Shown here: positions 47,501-55,443 of the stretch, piece after piece
How the letters are laid out: every line of letters begins with the position of its first letter
Numbering within the stretch: the stretch's first letter is position 1
NCBI GenBank assembly: GCA_019695345.1
Contig: JAIBAE010000012.1
Span: 3,732 to 67,731 of the forward strand
Source of the DNA: Bacteroidota bacterium
GTDB taxonomy: Bacteria > Bacteroidota > Ignavibacteria > Kapaibacteriales > NICIL-2
Reading direction: 5' to 3'
Length of the DNA stretch: 64,000 nucleotides
Position numbers and translations under genes: made by a program
Notes under the pieces: generated by a model
Told to the model about the DNA's origin: nothing
What the model saw: the letters and a program-made list of their open reading frames with translations, nothing else
Database searches by the model: none

Positions 47501-47930
47501 TCAGAAGATTATGTATAGTAAACTACAATTACTCGTTGCTATTCAAAATAACGACACTTTAAAAGTAAGGAAGTGTTTAAACTATCTAAATTCAAAGGAT
47601 GGTGATGATAGATTTGATGAAATACCTTGGTTACAACACATAAAAAGATTGTTAGATATAGCTTCATTAACAACTGGAAATACAAAACAACAATTCAAAC
47701 ACATTGCAAATAATGGAATAGTACTCAGTAGCGAAATGAATGTTGATATGAAAACAGGACAATCACTTTCTCAAAATAACTTTTTTTCGATTGTTAAGAT
47801 AAAATCAAAAAATATTCAAGCCATAAAAGGTGAATTTGAACAATCCTTACTTGAAGATGGCTTCCTGTTGAATAATAACACGCGAAGAATACTCTTTGAG
47901 AATGACGAGCAATATCATTTAAACGAATAA
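44574..47930 (+). CDS. Exported caspase-family (peptidase C14) protease fused to a long TPR array
   Basis: Signal peptide. KYAIVMATNRY; His site LFFYFSGHGF; Cys site VVIDACHSGG; EF-hand-like loop DEDKNGVIQLSEL after the catalytic domain; ~700 aa of TPR-like repeats. Confidence 0.85.
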   Translation: MKTQLHILFICCVIFTLCNTYTSKAQPDQPQTPPSTPKGEKYAIVMATNRYIAFRTLNYAEEDARLIKKIIEDDSIIGIGETKSDTYNKHCYFYLDTNVTPSNFSTALKQIGNQIAQNPNKLNHPPDTLFFYFSGHGFFDEENDLYYLCGYNAEKTGTTAVWELKTLWGRLNKFAKSCNTVVNVVIDACHSGGVHKASINGEDKKPQCTFIISTKDTSSSFEDKCWGGGHGVFTYYLARGIVGEADEDKNGVIQLSELKKYLNNSFKSDKCLNQIGNGKIQKPSILTNNTEDGDELVISKSPVKSLVKDFVLNLGKENNPSIVVINKGDNDDKNLKKSVDSVLTLLESDNKILSASQVRYDYVLEHASSEYQKLSARNFLQNQYQRYAENSINAFFHGDITRDYGTEFKQGSAYLDSAMKLLPETTEDLIDLRDFMYGYAIVYNSDSRLYYKSDSLFKECVKRKPQFTYPYYGLAVLNEERCLYDTAEKLFRKCIALSPEWMRPYNSLAQMYRDRHYFKQGLALADTAIKRDSVNPNPYITKANCLLDLGHYKQAEEAYNKALQLNNNRNNNITARIKRNLGICYREREANTTYRKYLKESFEADSTYIFTLQNLAELSSQDTSVYHGIHTWNTYYKKILSLPETAEKYYVLGSFNQWCAGKIPNDKGDSIKRYMLLDTAKRYLVQSIDLDTFNVDAYKKLFWTYWDYSYYAYYLNDKRFINKNDADAFQVISKIDTLSKNHVSEIQYAIGYYYFWKKADTTKAIEYYKKALQLEPGYYSPIRKLEEIYSKYDSAILQMYYMADSTNCSPVTSHELAMYYERIGKQDSAMRNYKNCIVLDSSYFKVYPNLAILSMANDVEKTLEYCKTYMKHKSDVFTPSNNQRESLNVAKNEIENNRNVERSLSDLLLAESVRSWRLKRFGECLRYAEVSFELNQNNTNAILQLAKLYYMMNDRHKLYEIITSIKINNENIFDADQKIMYSKLQLLVAIQNNDTLKVRKCLNYLNSKDGDDRFDEIPWLQHIKRLLDIASLTTGNTKQQFKHIANNGIVLSSEMNVDMKTGQSLSQNNFFSIVKIKSKNIQAIKGEFEQSLLEDGFLLNNNTRRILFENDEQYHLNE

Positions 47931-47957
47931 GTTATTTTTAAAAAAAGGTTAAAAACT

Positions 47958-49652
47958 ATGATAAAAATACTCCAGTACATCTCCACTTTTATACTGTGCG
48001 TGGCGATATTACATTCCAATGTAAATGTTAAAAACGGCAACTTTTTTATAGGATATGTTGACGTATATTTTAACGATAACTTTAAAATTGAGCGTGTGTA
48101 TAATTCTAAAACTGATTTTAAAGGAATGTTTGGTAGGGGTTGGGGATGCGAATACGAAATGTATCTGACTACACTTCCCGATGGTACTATTATGCTGCAC
48201 GAATACGGAGGTGGAGCAGAAAATATCTTCAAACCACGTGGTTACTCGCCTATTTCAGTTACAAATGCAGTCAACAACATAGTTGAACTTGAAATACAAT
48301 ATGGTATCACGCAACCCGAACAACGACTTAATAGAATGAGTAGCTTACAGGATAATTCAAACAGGCGAACCGATGCGTGGAAAGCACTACTCAAAAAGGG
48401 TGTTAAATGGTTCGAAATAGCAACGGGTACAGTATTAACATCGTATGATTTTTCAGCCCAAAAAATTTTAGTAACAGATACATCCTATAACAGAATAAAT
48501 GGAGACATTACTGAAGTGTTTAATAAAAAAGGTCAGTTTGTAAAGCGTATTGTAAAGGATGGCTCCTATATCGTATTAGAGTACGATGCAAATGGTCGTA
48601 TATCCCGTATGAGCAATGATAAAATGAATACCTTAAAATTTCATTATAACAGTATCGGACTGGTATCAAAGATTATTAGTAATAGTACTACTAAATCGGG
48701 AGCATTCAAACAATCCTCATATACGTATGATACTTTACAGTACGAGTTGATTGAATCAAATGATGCTGGTAATAATATATTCAAATACTCATATTCAAAA
48801 GATGGGTATCATAATCTTGTTCAAATTTTGTATCAAGATAATACCACAATGCAAATAGGATATTGGGGTGCCGAAAAGTTTGTAAATGTAAAATCAGCCA
48901 AAGAACGTGATGGAAGATACTACGAATATGATTATATACTACGTAAGAAAGTTGATGAAATCAACCAAAACTATACCGTAACAGTAAGTGTTTATTTGGA
49001 TACTACAAAAACAAATGAAATTTCCAATAGTACATATCTATATATTTACAGAACTTCAAGCTCAGGCAGAGAATGGACTTACTCCCTGAAATCAATTATT
49101 GATGGTGATACTACCGAAACCCGTTACCACGAGAAAACAGGGCTACCTGTGTTTATTGCGAAGCATGGCGATACAACAAAATTCGATTATACACCCAAGG
49201 GGGATGTAACATATAAAGAAACCTCTTATTCAATAAAGTGGATTGATTATTCTTCGTGTAATAAAGTAAGCCGAGTTAAGGAAACAGAAAAGTATAGCAG
49301 AAAACCCGATACAACATGGAGTACATTTGAATACGATTCACTCTGCAACCTAACTATGGCAAAAAATTCAGATGGAAAATTACTGTCATTAAAATATGAT
49401 AACAAGGGGCACATTACTACCCTGTTAGATGAGGAAAACAATCAAACAATTACATTCGAATACAACCAAATCAATAAACCGATATCAATCACTGTTATTG
49501 GTGTTGGTACTATAAAAGTAATCTATAATACCGACAACGAAATTGAAAAGGTTGATAGCGATGGTGGGCGTACTGTTGCAACAAAAGTTACAAGGATATT
49601 TCAAAACCTGCTGGATGTTATACGTCCTGCAGGTGTGTCATTAAATTTTTAG
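47958..49652 (+). CDS. Short RHS/YD-repeat protein without a recognisable C-terminal toxin tip
   Basis: The N-terminus NVNVKNGNFFIGYVDVYF...RVYNSK...GMFGRGWGCEYE is like Rhs N-terminal modules. YD repeats include YDANGRISRMSND, YDNKGHITTLLDEENNQTITFEYN and YTPKGDVTYKE. Confidence 0.7.
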   Translation: MIKILQYISTFILCVAILHSNVNVKNGNFFIGYVDVYFNDNFKIERVYNSKTDFKGMFGRGWGCEYEMYLTTLPDGTIMLHEYGGGAENIFKPRGYSPISVTNAVNNIVELEIQYGITQPEQRLNRMSSLQDNSNRRTDAWKALLKKGVKWFEIATGTVLTSYDFSAQKILVTDTSYNRINGDITEVFNKKGQFVKRIVKDGSYIVLEYDANGRISRMSNDKMNTLKFHYNSIGLVSKIISNSTTKSGAFKQSSYTYDTLQYELIESNDAGNNIFKYSYSKDGYHNLVQILYQDNTTMQIGYWGAEKFVNVKSAKERDGRYYEYDYILRKKVDEINQNYTVTVSVYLDTTKTNEISNSTYLYIYRTSSSGREWTYSLKSIIDGDTTETRYHEKTGLPVFIAKHGDTTKFDYTPKGDVTYKETSYSIKWIDYSSCNKVSRVKETEKYSRKPDTTWSTFEYDSLCNLTMAKNSDGKLLSLKYDNKGHITTLLDEENNQTITFEYNQINKPISITVIGVGTIKVIYNTDNEIEKVDSDGGRTVATKVTRIFQNLLDVIRPAGVSLNF

Positions 49653-49701
49653 TATAAGTTCAATCAACTAACATCCTTCTCACAACATAATAGGAATTCT
49701 G

Positions 49702-50178
49702 ATGCTTCCATCAAAAGTACATTGCTATAACTGCAACAACGAGTTAGAACTTGATTTCAACGAGCGTAAGAATCATTCGTATGTATGTCCGGTATGTAAA
49801 AGCGGTTGGCTTGACCCCAAGCAAAACACTACGTTGGAAGAACAAGTATCCTGCGGCAAATGCAACAGCATGATAGAACTCTCCGAACAAGAAAGAAACA
49901 ACGTATCATTTACATGCCCGGTATGTTCAACCCCATGGGCAACAAACAAACAAAATGCAATGCCAATAGTAAGTAATGCTCAAACTGTAAATACTCAAGA
50001 GGAAGCAAACAGTATGATAACAAAAGGGTTACTGTTTCTTGTTGGGGGGATACTTATAACAGGTATCACATATGCATCTGCATCTGAAGGCGGAGGAACC
50101 TACTTTGTTATGTACGGACCTATTATTTATGGTGTTATCACTTTAGTTCGCGGGCTTTCCATGAAATCAAACTCATAA
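49702..50178 (+). CDS. Double zinc-ribbon protein with C-terminal membrane anchor
   Basis: Two copies of Cx2C-N17-18-Cx2C (CYNCNNELELDFNERKNHSYVCPVCKSGW / CGKCNSMIELSEQERNNVSFTCPVCSTPW), then two TM helices. Confidence 0.65.
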   Translation: MLPSKVHCYNCNNELELDFNERKNHSYVCPVCKSGWLDPKQNTTLEEQVSCGKCNSMIELSEQERNNVSFTCPVCSTPWATNKQNAMPIVSNAQTVNTQEEANSMITKGLLFLVGGILITGITYASASEGGGTYFVMYGPIIYGVITLVRGLSMKSNS

Positions 50179-50237
50179 TGCACGATTCTGTATAAGCGTA
50201 TTCAAAACATAGTATTTTCGATAAAAGAATATTGCTT

Positions 50238-50302
50238 AACCACCTCAGCCGAAGCAAACGTTCAGCACGCCAACCATGTGCGAACCGTTCCTCCTGCTTC
50301 GC
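50238..50302 (+). repeat. GC-rich intergenic element, forward copy (pair 3, left)
   Basis: AACCACCTCAGCCGAAGCAAACGTTCAGCACGCCAACCATGTGCGAACCGTTCCTCC. Confidence 0.6.
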
Positions 50303-50482
50303 TATCTTTGATAAGAATTGAATTAGAATTACCAATTACCAATTACCTTATCTGTGAGTACCAATCAAAATTTTGCTTTCATACAAACACATATTCAGGC
50401 ACTTGATTTCTTGCTGTCGATACTCATTGAAACACCACAATCTGATGAATGTCTAAAAGAATGTACGTTAATAAAGATGTAA

Positions 50483-50547
50483 TGCTGAACGCTTGGCTCG
50501 CACAGGGTTTGCGTGCTTGAGTTTTCGTTTAGGCAGAGGCGGTAACC
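50483..50547 (-). repeat. GC-rich intergenic element, reverse copy (pair 3, right)
   Basis: Reverse complement is GGTTACCGCCTCTGCCTAAACGAAAACTCAAGCACGCAAACCCTGTGCGAGCCAAGCG... Confidence 0.6.
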
Positions 50548-50616
50548 ATAAATTTCTCACCTAAAAGTTTCTACAATTACCATATCGGAAAATTATTTTT
50601 TCTGCCTGTAAAATAG

Positions 50617-50646
50617 TTGTCAACCATGTTCTGTGTAGAGTATTCC
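50617..50646 (+). promoter_or_regulatory. Bipartite motif TTGTCAACCA-N13-GTATTCC, site 3
   Basis: Lies 59 nt upstream of ATG 50705. Confidence 0.5.
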
Positions 50647-50704
50647 GTTCTGTTGTAACCGGTACAACAAAAAACACTTACAAACTCAATTTTTAGGAAT
50701 ACTT

Positions 50705-51664
50705 ATGAAAACTATATTTAATGTACTCGCAGTTTTTGTTTTTATCTTTTATACAGTAAGTTCATTTGCTTACGAAAAAGGTCCTTCAGTTTCTTGGTTT
50801 AATGCTAAAGACGGTCTTAAAGAAATGGCAACACAGCACCGTCCGGCTATTATTGATGTAGGTGCTTCGTGGTGTGTATGGTGCAAACGTATGGATACAT
50901 ACACCTATACCGATAGCGCAATAATAGGTAAGATTGAATCCCGCTTGATTCCTATCAGAATAACAACCGATGAAGACGATATGAAAACGGTTATTCGGTA
51001 TAAAGGACAAGATATAACCATTGAAGAGTTTGTTGAAAAGTTTAAGATTGAGGGATACCCTTCAACAATTTTTCTAAACGAGGATGGAGAGGTTCTTGGA
51101 GTAAACGACGGATATATGAATGTAGAAAAACTGAACAATTATCTGGTCTATTTTGAATTACCCGTGCGTCCTGATATGAAAATTGATGAATACGTATTAC
51201 GTGAACAGTTGAAGTTAAACCCAAATGATATCAACCTGAATTATAGTCTGGCAAAACTGTTAAGCAACAAACAACATTTCGAGGAAGCAATTCAGCTGTT
51301 TGATAAGGTTTTACTAAGCGATGAACTTGAGCAATCGGACATTTTACAAATTCAATTCAGAAAAGGCGTGTTGTTATTACAATACAAAAAAGATTATCAG
51401 AAAGCATATACATGCTTTGATAAAATGGGCACTCAATCGGATACTAAATTAGTAAAAGCAGTATCATCGTTTTTTAAGGCTGTTGCATTAGTAAAACAGA
51501 GTAAAACTGAGTTTGCTAAAGCACAATTAAAGATATATGGTAAAAACATGAAAGCTTTGAACAAAACAACAGTTGAGTTTATCGAACTGATTGAACCTTA
51601 CTATAATGTTCAGCAAGAGGCACAAGAAATAGAAACTCTGATTCAATCAATGAAAATTGCATAA
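50705..51664 (+). CDS. Exported thioredoxin-fold (CxxC) protein fused to TPR-like repeats
   Basis: Signal peptide. AIIDVGASWCVWCKRMD (CVWC redox motif) ... EGYPSTIFLNEDGEVLG. TPR-like C-terminal half. Confidence 0.75.
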   Translation: MKTIFNVLAVFVFIFYTVSSFAYEKGPSVSWFNAKDGLKEMATQHRPAIIDVGASWCVWCKRMDTYTYTDSAIIGKIESRLIPIRITTDEDDMKTVIRYKGQDITIEEFVEKFKIEGYPSTIFLNEDGEVLGVNDGYMNVEKLNNYLVYFELPVRPDMKIDEYVLREQLKLNPNDINLNYSLAKLLSNKQHFEEAIQLFDKVLLSDELEQSDILQIQFRKGVLLLQYKKDYQKAYTCFDKMGTQSDTKLVKAVSSFFKAVALVKQSKTEFAKAQLKIYGKNMKALNKTTVEFIELIEPYYNVQQEAQEIETLIQSMKIA

Positions 51665-51751
51665 TAAACTACCGTTAAGCCCGGTGCTGGATATTCTCTG
51701 TGCCGGGTTTTTGTTTAACACATCATTTACTTATTATAATAACTACATACT

Positions 51752-52666
51752 ATGAAAACGATATTTATACTTTTGATAATTCTTATTCTCAACTCTGCAA
51801 GTTATGCACAATGCTTTATTAGCGGAACTGGTTCAATGGGGCAGTTATACAAAACAACTGGTAATTATGTGATGGATTGTAAATTTAACTACTCCAAAAC
51901 GGAGCTCGAGCAAACATTTGGAGTGTTAGTTGATTTGTATGTTTATAATGACAGTTATTCGCCAAATGCACTTGCTTCATATCCTATGCAATACAATTAC
52001 GATGGTACTGTTGCCTTTGGATATACGTTATTAACCGGAACACTATGGAATGCAAACAAAGGAGAATATGCAGTAGCAGGAGTAATGGCGCACGAATTTG
52101 CCCATATATTACAGATAAAGAAACATTGTACCCTAACACAAACACAAAAAGAATTACAGGCAGATTACTTGGCAGGATATTACTTCGGAACAAAATCATA
52201 TCTTTCGTACGGTTTGCGAAATTTTGCAACGTCATTATACGAATTGGGAGATTACAATTTTTGGGATCCTAATCATCACGGCACCCCTACTGAACGCGTT
52301 AATGCAATGATGGCAGGATACAAAATGGCTGGTAAAAGTATTGATGTGGCTTATCGAGAAGGTGTGAAATATGTTTCAGGTATAAATAACAACGATGATG
52401 AGAATGAAGATGCCGAGGAAGAAGATGACGATGAATACTCGTTTAACAAAACAGATTATGGCGTTGATATGTGTTGTCTGAGTGTAAAAAAAAGTTCCAT
52501 ACTAACAGGACATGATAATAAACCTTCATGCTATTATCCGGTGAAAGATTATTACTTTATCGCACTAAGAAATTCTGATTTACATAAAGTGATGGCTTTT
52601 ATCTATGTTTGCGATGAAAAATATCACAAATTATCCAATCAACCATTAATCAGTACACTGACATGA
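51752..52666 (+). CDS. Exported YpfJ-like neutral zinc metallopeptidase with acidic linker
   Basis: VMAHEFAHILQ...ELQADYLAGYYFG...HHGTPTERVNAMMAGY matches the PF04228-type pattern (from memory). Acidic run NNNDDENEDAEEEDDDEY. Confidence 0.7.
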   Translation: MKTIFILLIILILNSASYAQCFISGTGSMGQLYKTTGNYVMDCKFNYSKTELEQTFGVLVDLYVYNDSYSPNALASYPMQYNYDGTVAFGYTLLTGTLWNANKGEYAVAGVMAHEFAHILQIKKHCTLTQTQKELQADYLAGYYFGTKSYLSYGLRNFATSLYELGDYNFWDPNHHGTPTERVNAMMAGYKMAGKSIDVAYREGVKYVSGINNNDDENEDAEEEDDDEYSFNKTDYGVDMCCLSVKKSSILTGHDNKPSCYYPVKDYYFIALRNSDLHKVMAFIYVCDEKYHKLSNQPLISTLT

Positions 52667-53385
52667 AATCAATATCAATCTTAGCGTTAGCATTTACAAT
52701 GTTATTATTAACAAGCTGCAACTTTAGGACTGAATATGGTAATAACAGTATCCCTAAGTTTACAAGGACGGTAGTTAAAGTGCCGGAGATACCGATTCCA
52801 CCAGTACAATCGCTATACACTACTATTTTGGATGAAAAGTTTCCTGTTATATGTGGCCACAGGGAATTATTTGGTACTGCTAAATCACGATTAGAAAAGT
52901 TAGGATGGAAAGAGTATAATCCAATTCAGGTTGATATGAAAATCGGACAAGTGGGCTTTAGCATGAAAAAAGTACTTGATGTGAACCGAGGAATTGAAGC
53001 GTTGGCACAGGTAACATATATCGAAACCACTGTAATGCAAACCACATTAAGAAGGGATTCGGCGTTACTTGTTTTGAAATTAAATAATGCTCCGGCAATT
53101 CTTTCATATACAGATAATACGATTACCTTAACAAGAGATACTTTAGTTTCAATATGTCCCCAAAGAGAAATTGCACAAGGGTTTGGTTTTGCATCTACTG
53201 ATGATTTAACATCAGATGAAAAGTTAATCGTGAATAAGTTCGGTAGTAATTCTTTTAGGGCGCTTCAACTGATTGATGGTAAAAACACGCTAGAACAAAT
53301 TGCAAGTAAAAGTGGAATGAGTATCGTAGAGATAAGAGACATAATGCAGTTTATGAAAGAGAAGGGCTTTATTGAAATTATGTAG
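52663..53385 (+). CDS. Hypothetical lipoprotein with wHTH-like C-terminal segment
   Basis: Lipobox LLLTSC with a 4-nt overlap with the upstream gene. The C-terminus LIDGKNTLEQIASKSGMSIVEIRDIMQFMKEKGFIEI looks winged-helix-like. Confidence 0.55.
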   Translation: MKSISILALAFTMLLLTSCNFRTEYGNNSIPKFTRTVVKVPEIPIPPVQSLYTTILDEKFPVICGHRELFGTAKSRLEKLGWKEYNPIQVDMKIGQVGFSMKKVLDVNRGIEALAQVTYIETTVMQTTLRRDSALLVLKLNNAPAILSYTDNTITLTRDTLVSICPQREIAQGFGFASTDDLTSDEKLIVNKFGSNSFRALQLIDGKNTLEQIASKSGMSIVEIRDIMQFMKEKGFIEIM

Positions 53386-53397
53386 AACGTTGGTGAG

Positions 53398-54732
53398 TTG
53401 TTAAGTTCTAATATTCAAATGTTCCTGCTCGTTATTTGTAAGTATATTGATTTCTTTGTGCATAAACTTAAGTTCATACTCCTTGTATTTATAACTTTCA
53501 TTTGTTGTGTACTGATTAGCTGCACTACGGTTCTGTATCCATCTCGTGTACCTGTTTCCGACCAACAATACAACAAGTTACACCGCGGTGTTACCTTTCA
53601 TAATTTGTTTGCAACAACTAATAATACGCCAATCGAAAACACAGCAACAAGACGTTTACGAATGGAGGTTTTGGATTCTTTAGTTACAAGATTTCAGCCG
53701 CTGGGTTTAACATGTATCCGTTTTACAATAGATCCTTATCTGTTATTTAACATACACAATTACCAGGATTTAGACTCCATCCCCGAAGTACAATCAGAGT
53801 CCGAGCAGTTTAAAATCTTAAATAAAAGCGTATTAGATGATATACTTCGATCCATACAAATTTGCAAATCAAGAAAGGTGTGTGTTGTTGTTACCATGTA
53901 CACAGAGAATACTCATGGTGCATTAGGCAACAATGTTAAATATCAATTATACCATAATGCCCGGTTTGCTCATACACTTGGTAAAATGTGGACGCTTATA
54001 GCCGGACAAATTTCGAGTATATATTCTCCGGACGACGTAATGTTCGAAATAATTAACGAACCCAACTATCGGGGTTCATTCTACAACGAGTATGTGAATA
54101 AAGATACCAACAAGGTTATGAGAGGTGTCAATTGGTGGGACGTTGCACAACAGCCAACAGCCAGAATGTGGTTATTCACACAGGAAGTTGTGATAAGCTA
54201 TATTAGAGGTGCAGCACCGAACCACACAATAATTGCATCCTTCGATGATAACTCTCACCTCGATGCATTACCATATAGCGATATCAGTCTGGATAAAAAT
54301 GTTATTTACGCAGTACATTATTATGAACCCGATGTTTTTACACATCAAGGTGCATTGTTCCATCCGTTTGCAAAGTACATTAGTACACTACAATACCCAT
54401 ACGACTCAGTTAACGTTGCCTCCGTACAAAAAAGTATTCCTGATAGCTTACGCTGGATATTGAATAACTACCGTGATTTTAATAAATCTACAATTCTAAC
54501 CTCATTGATGAATGCAAAAAAATGGGCAGATAAACATAATGTAAAGATTTGGATTGGTGAATTTGGTTTGTATTCTAAAAACTCGCCAACTGAATCTTTA
54601 AAGCGATATTATCAGGATTTCATCGACGCCGCAAATATGAATAATTTGGGAATTGCTGTTTGGGATTATGATGACTCATTATTCTGCAACAAATTTACAC
54701 AGCCGGGACTGGACCAATTTTGGAAAAAATAA
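53398..54732 (+). CDS. Glycoside hydrolase family 5 (cellulase-type) enzyme
   Basis: Acid/base FEIINEPN and nucleophile IWIGEFG contexts. N-terminal hydrophobic anchor. The true start may be ATG 53419. Confidence 0.8.
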   Translation: MLSSNIQMFLLVICKYIDFFVHKLKFILLVFITFICCVLISCTTVLYPSRVPVSDQQYNKLHRGVTFHNLFATTNNTPIENTATRRLRMEVLDSLVTRFQPLGLTCIRFTIDPYLLFNIHNYQDLDSIPEVQSESEQFKILNKSVLDDILRSIQICKSRKVCVVVTMYTENTHGALGNNVKYQLYHNARFAHTLGKMWTLIAGQISSIYSPDDVMFEIINEPNYRGSFYNEYVNKDTNKVMRGVNWWDVAQQPTARMWLFTQEVVISYIRGAAPNHTIIASFDDNSHLDALPYSDISLDKNVIYAVHYYEPDVFTHQGALFHPFAKYISTLQYPYDSVNVASVQKSIPDSLRWILNNYRDFNKSTILTSLMNAKKWADKHNVKIWIGEFGLYSKNSPTESLKRYYQDFIDAANMNNLGIAVWDYDDSLFCNKFTQPGLDQFWKK

Positions 54733-54823
54733 GTGATTAAGTTTAGTATTTATACTGATGGTTCAATAATACGATACATACATACATCATAATTAGCTAC
54801 GCCATTACTCACGAAGCCGTAAT

Positions 54824-55360
54824 ATGAATTTTGAACTTCAGAAACGTATCGAGCAACACAAACGTAAACTTGAAATAGAGCAAGCTCTTTCTCAAACTTC
54901 TTCAATACGTAATTTGTTGGATACCCGTAAAGTACAATATCAAATCCATTACATAGAGTTTCCTGAACTCAATGTACATTCTGCTACATATAATCCTATA
55001 GATGTGTTCATAACCAAGAATACAGAAAATGGAAGAATCGTTCTCTCAGCGGCAGGCGAAATTGTTTGGAGCGTGACTAAACATCACGAGCACAATCTCG
55101 GAGATAATAATTTTTCAAATGAAAATTCACTTCATGTGTTTATAAAAGTTGCTACGAAGCACGTTACCTCACCAAAAACTATTTGTTTATACGATAGTGT
55201 CAATAATCAGTATGTAGTGATGCTCTCATACGAGACTTTTATAGCAATATATAGTGAGCTAATGGAATTCTATTACAAACCTTGGATACTTATTGATTCT
55301 TCATTAATGATTCAACTTGATGGTTCATTTGTTAGGGTTCTAAATGATAGTACCATATAA
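54824..55360 (+). CDS. Hypothetical cytoplasmic protein
   Basis: Intact 178-aa ORF with no signal peptide and no recognisable motif. Confidence 0.5.
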   Translation: MNFELQKRIEQHKRKLEIEQALSQTSSIRNLLDTRKVQYQIHYIEFPELNVHSATYNPIDVFITKNTENGRIVLSAAGEIVWSVTKHHEHNLGDNNFSNENSLHVFIKVATKHVTSPKTICLYDSVNNQYVVMLSYETFIAIYSELMEFYYKPWILIDSSLMIQLDGSFVRVLNDSTI

Positions 55361-55443
55361 AGTTTGAATCCAATGTTATAAATTGGGAATTTCACTTTCA
55401 AAGAGTATTATACTTAAATTGAGGTATTTTCTATACTATAACT

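Noticed and set aside
47958-49652. RHS/YD protein as a classical polymorphic toxin with a downstream immunity gene
   Set aside because: No RHS core boundary motif, C-terminal toxin domain or small cytoplasmic immunity-like ORF is visible.
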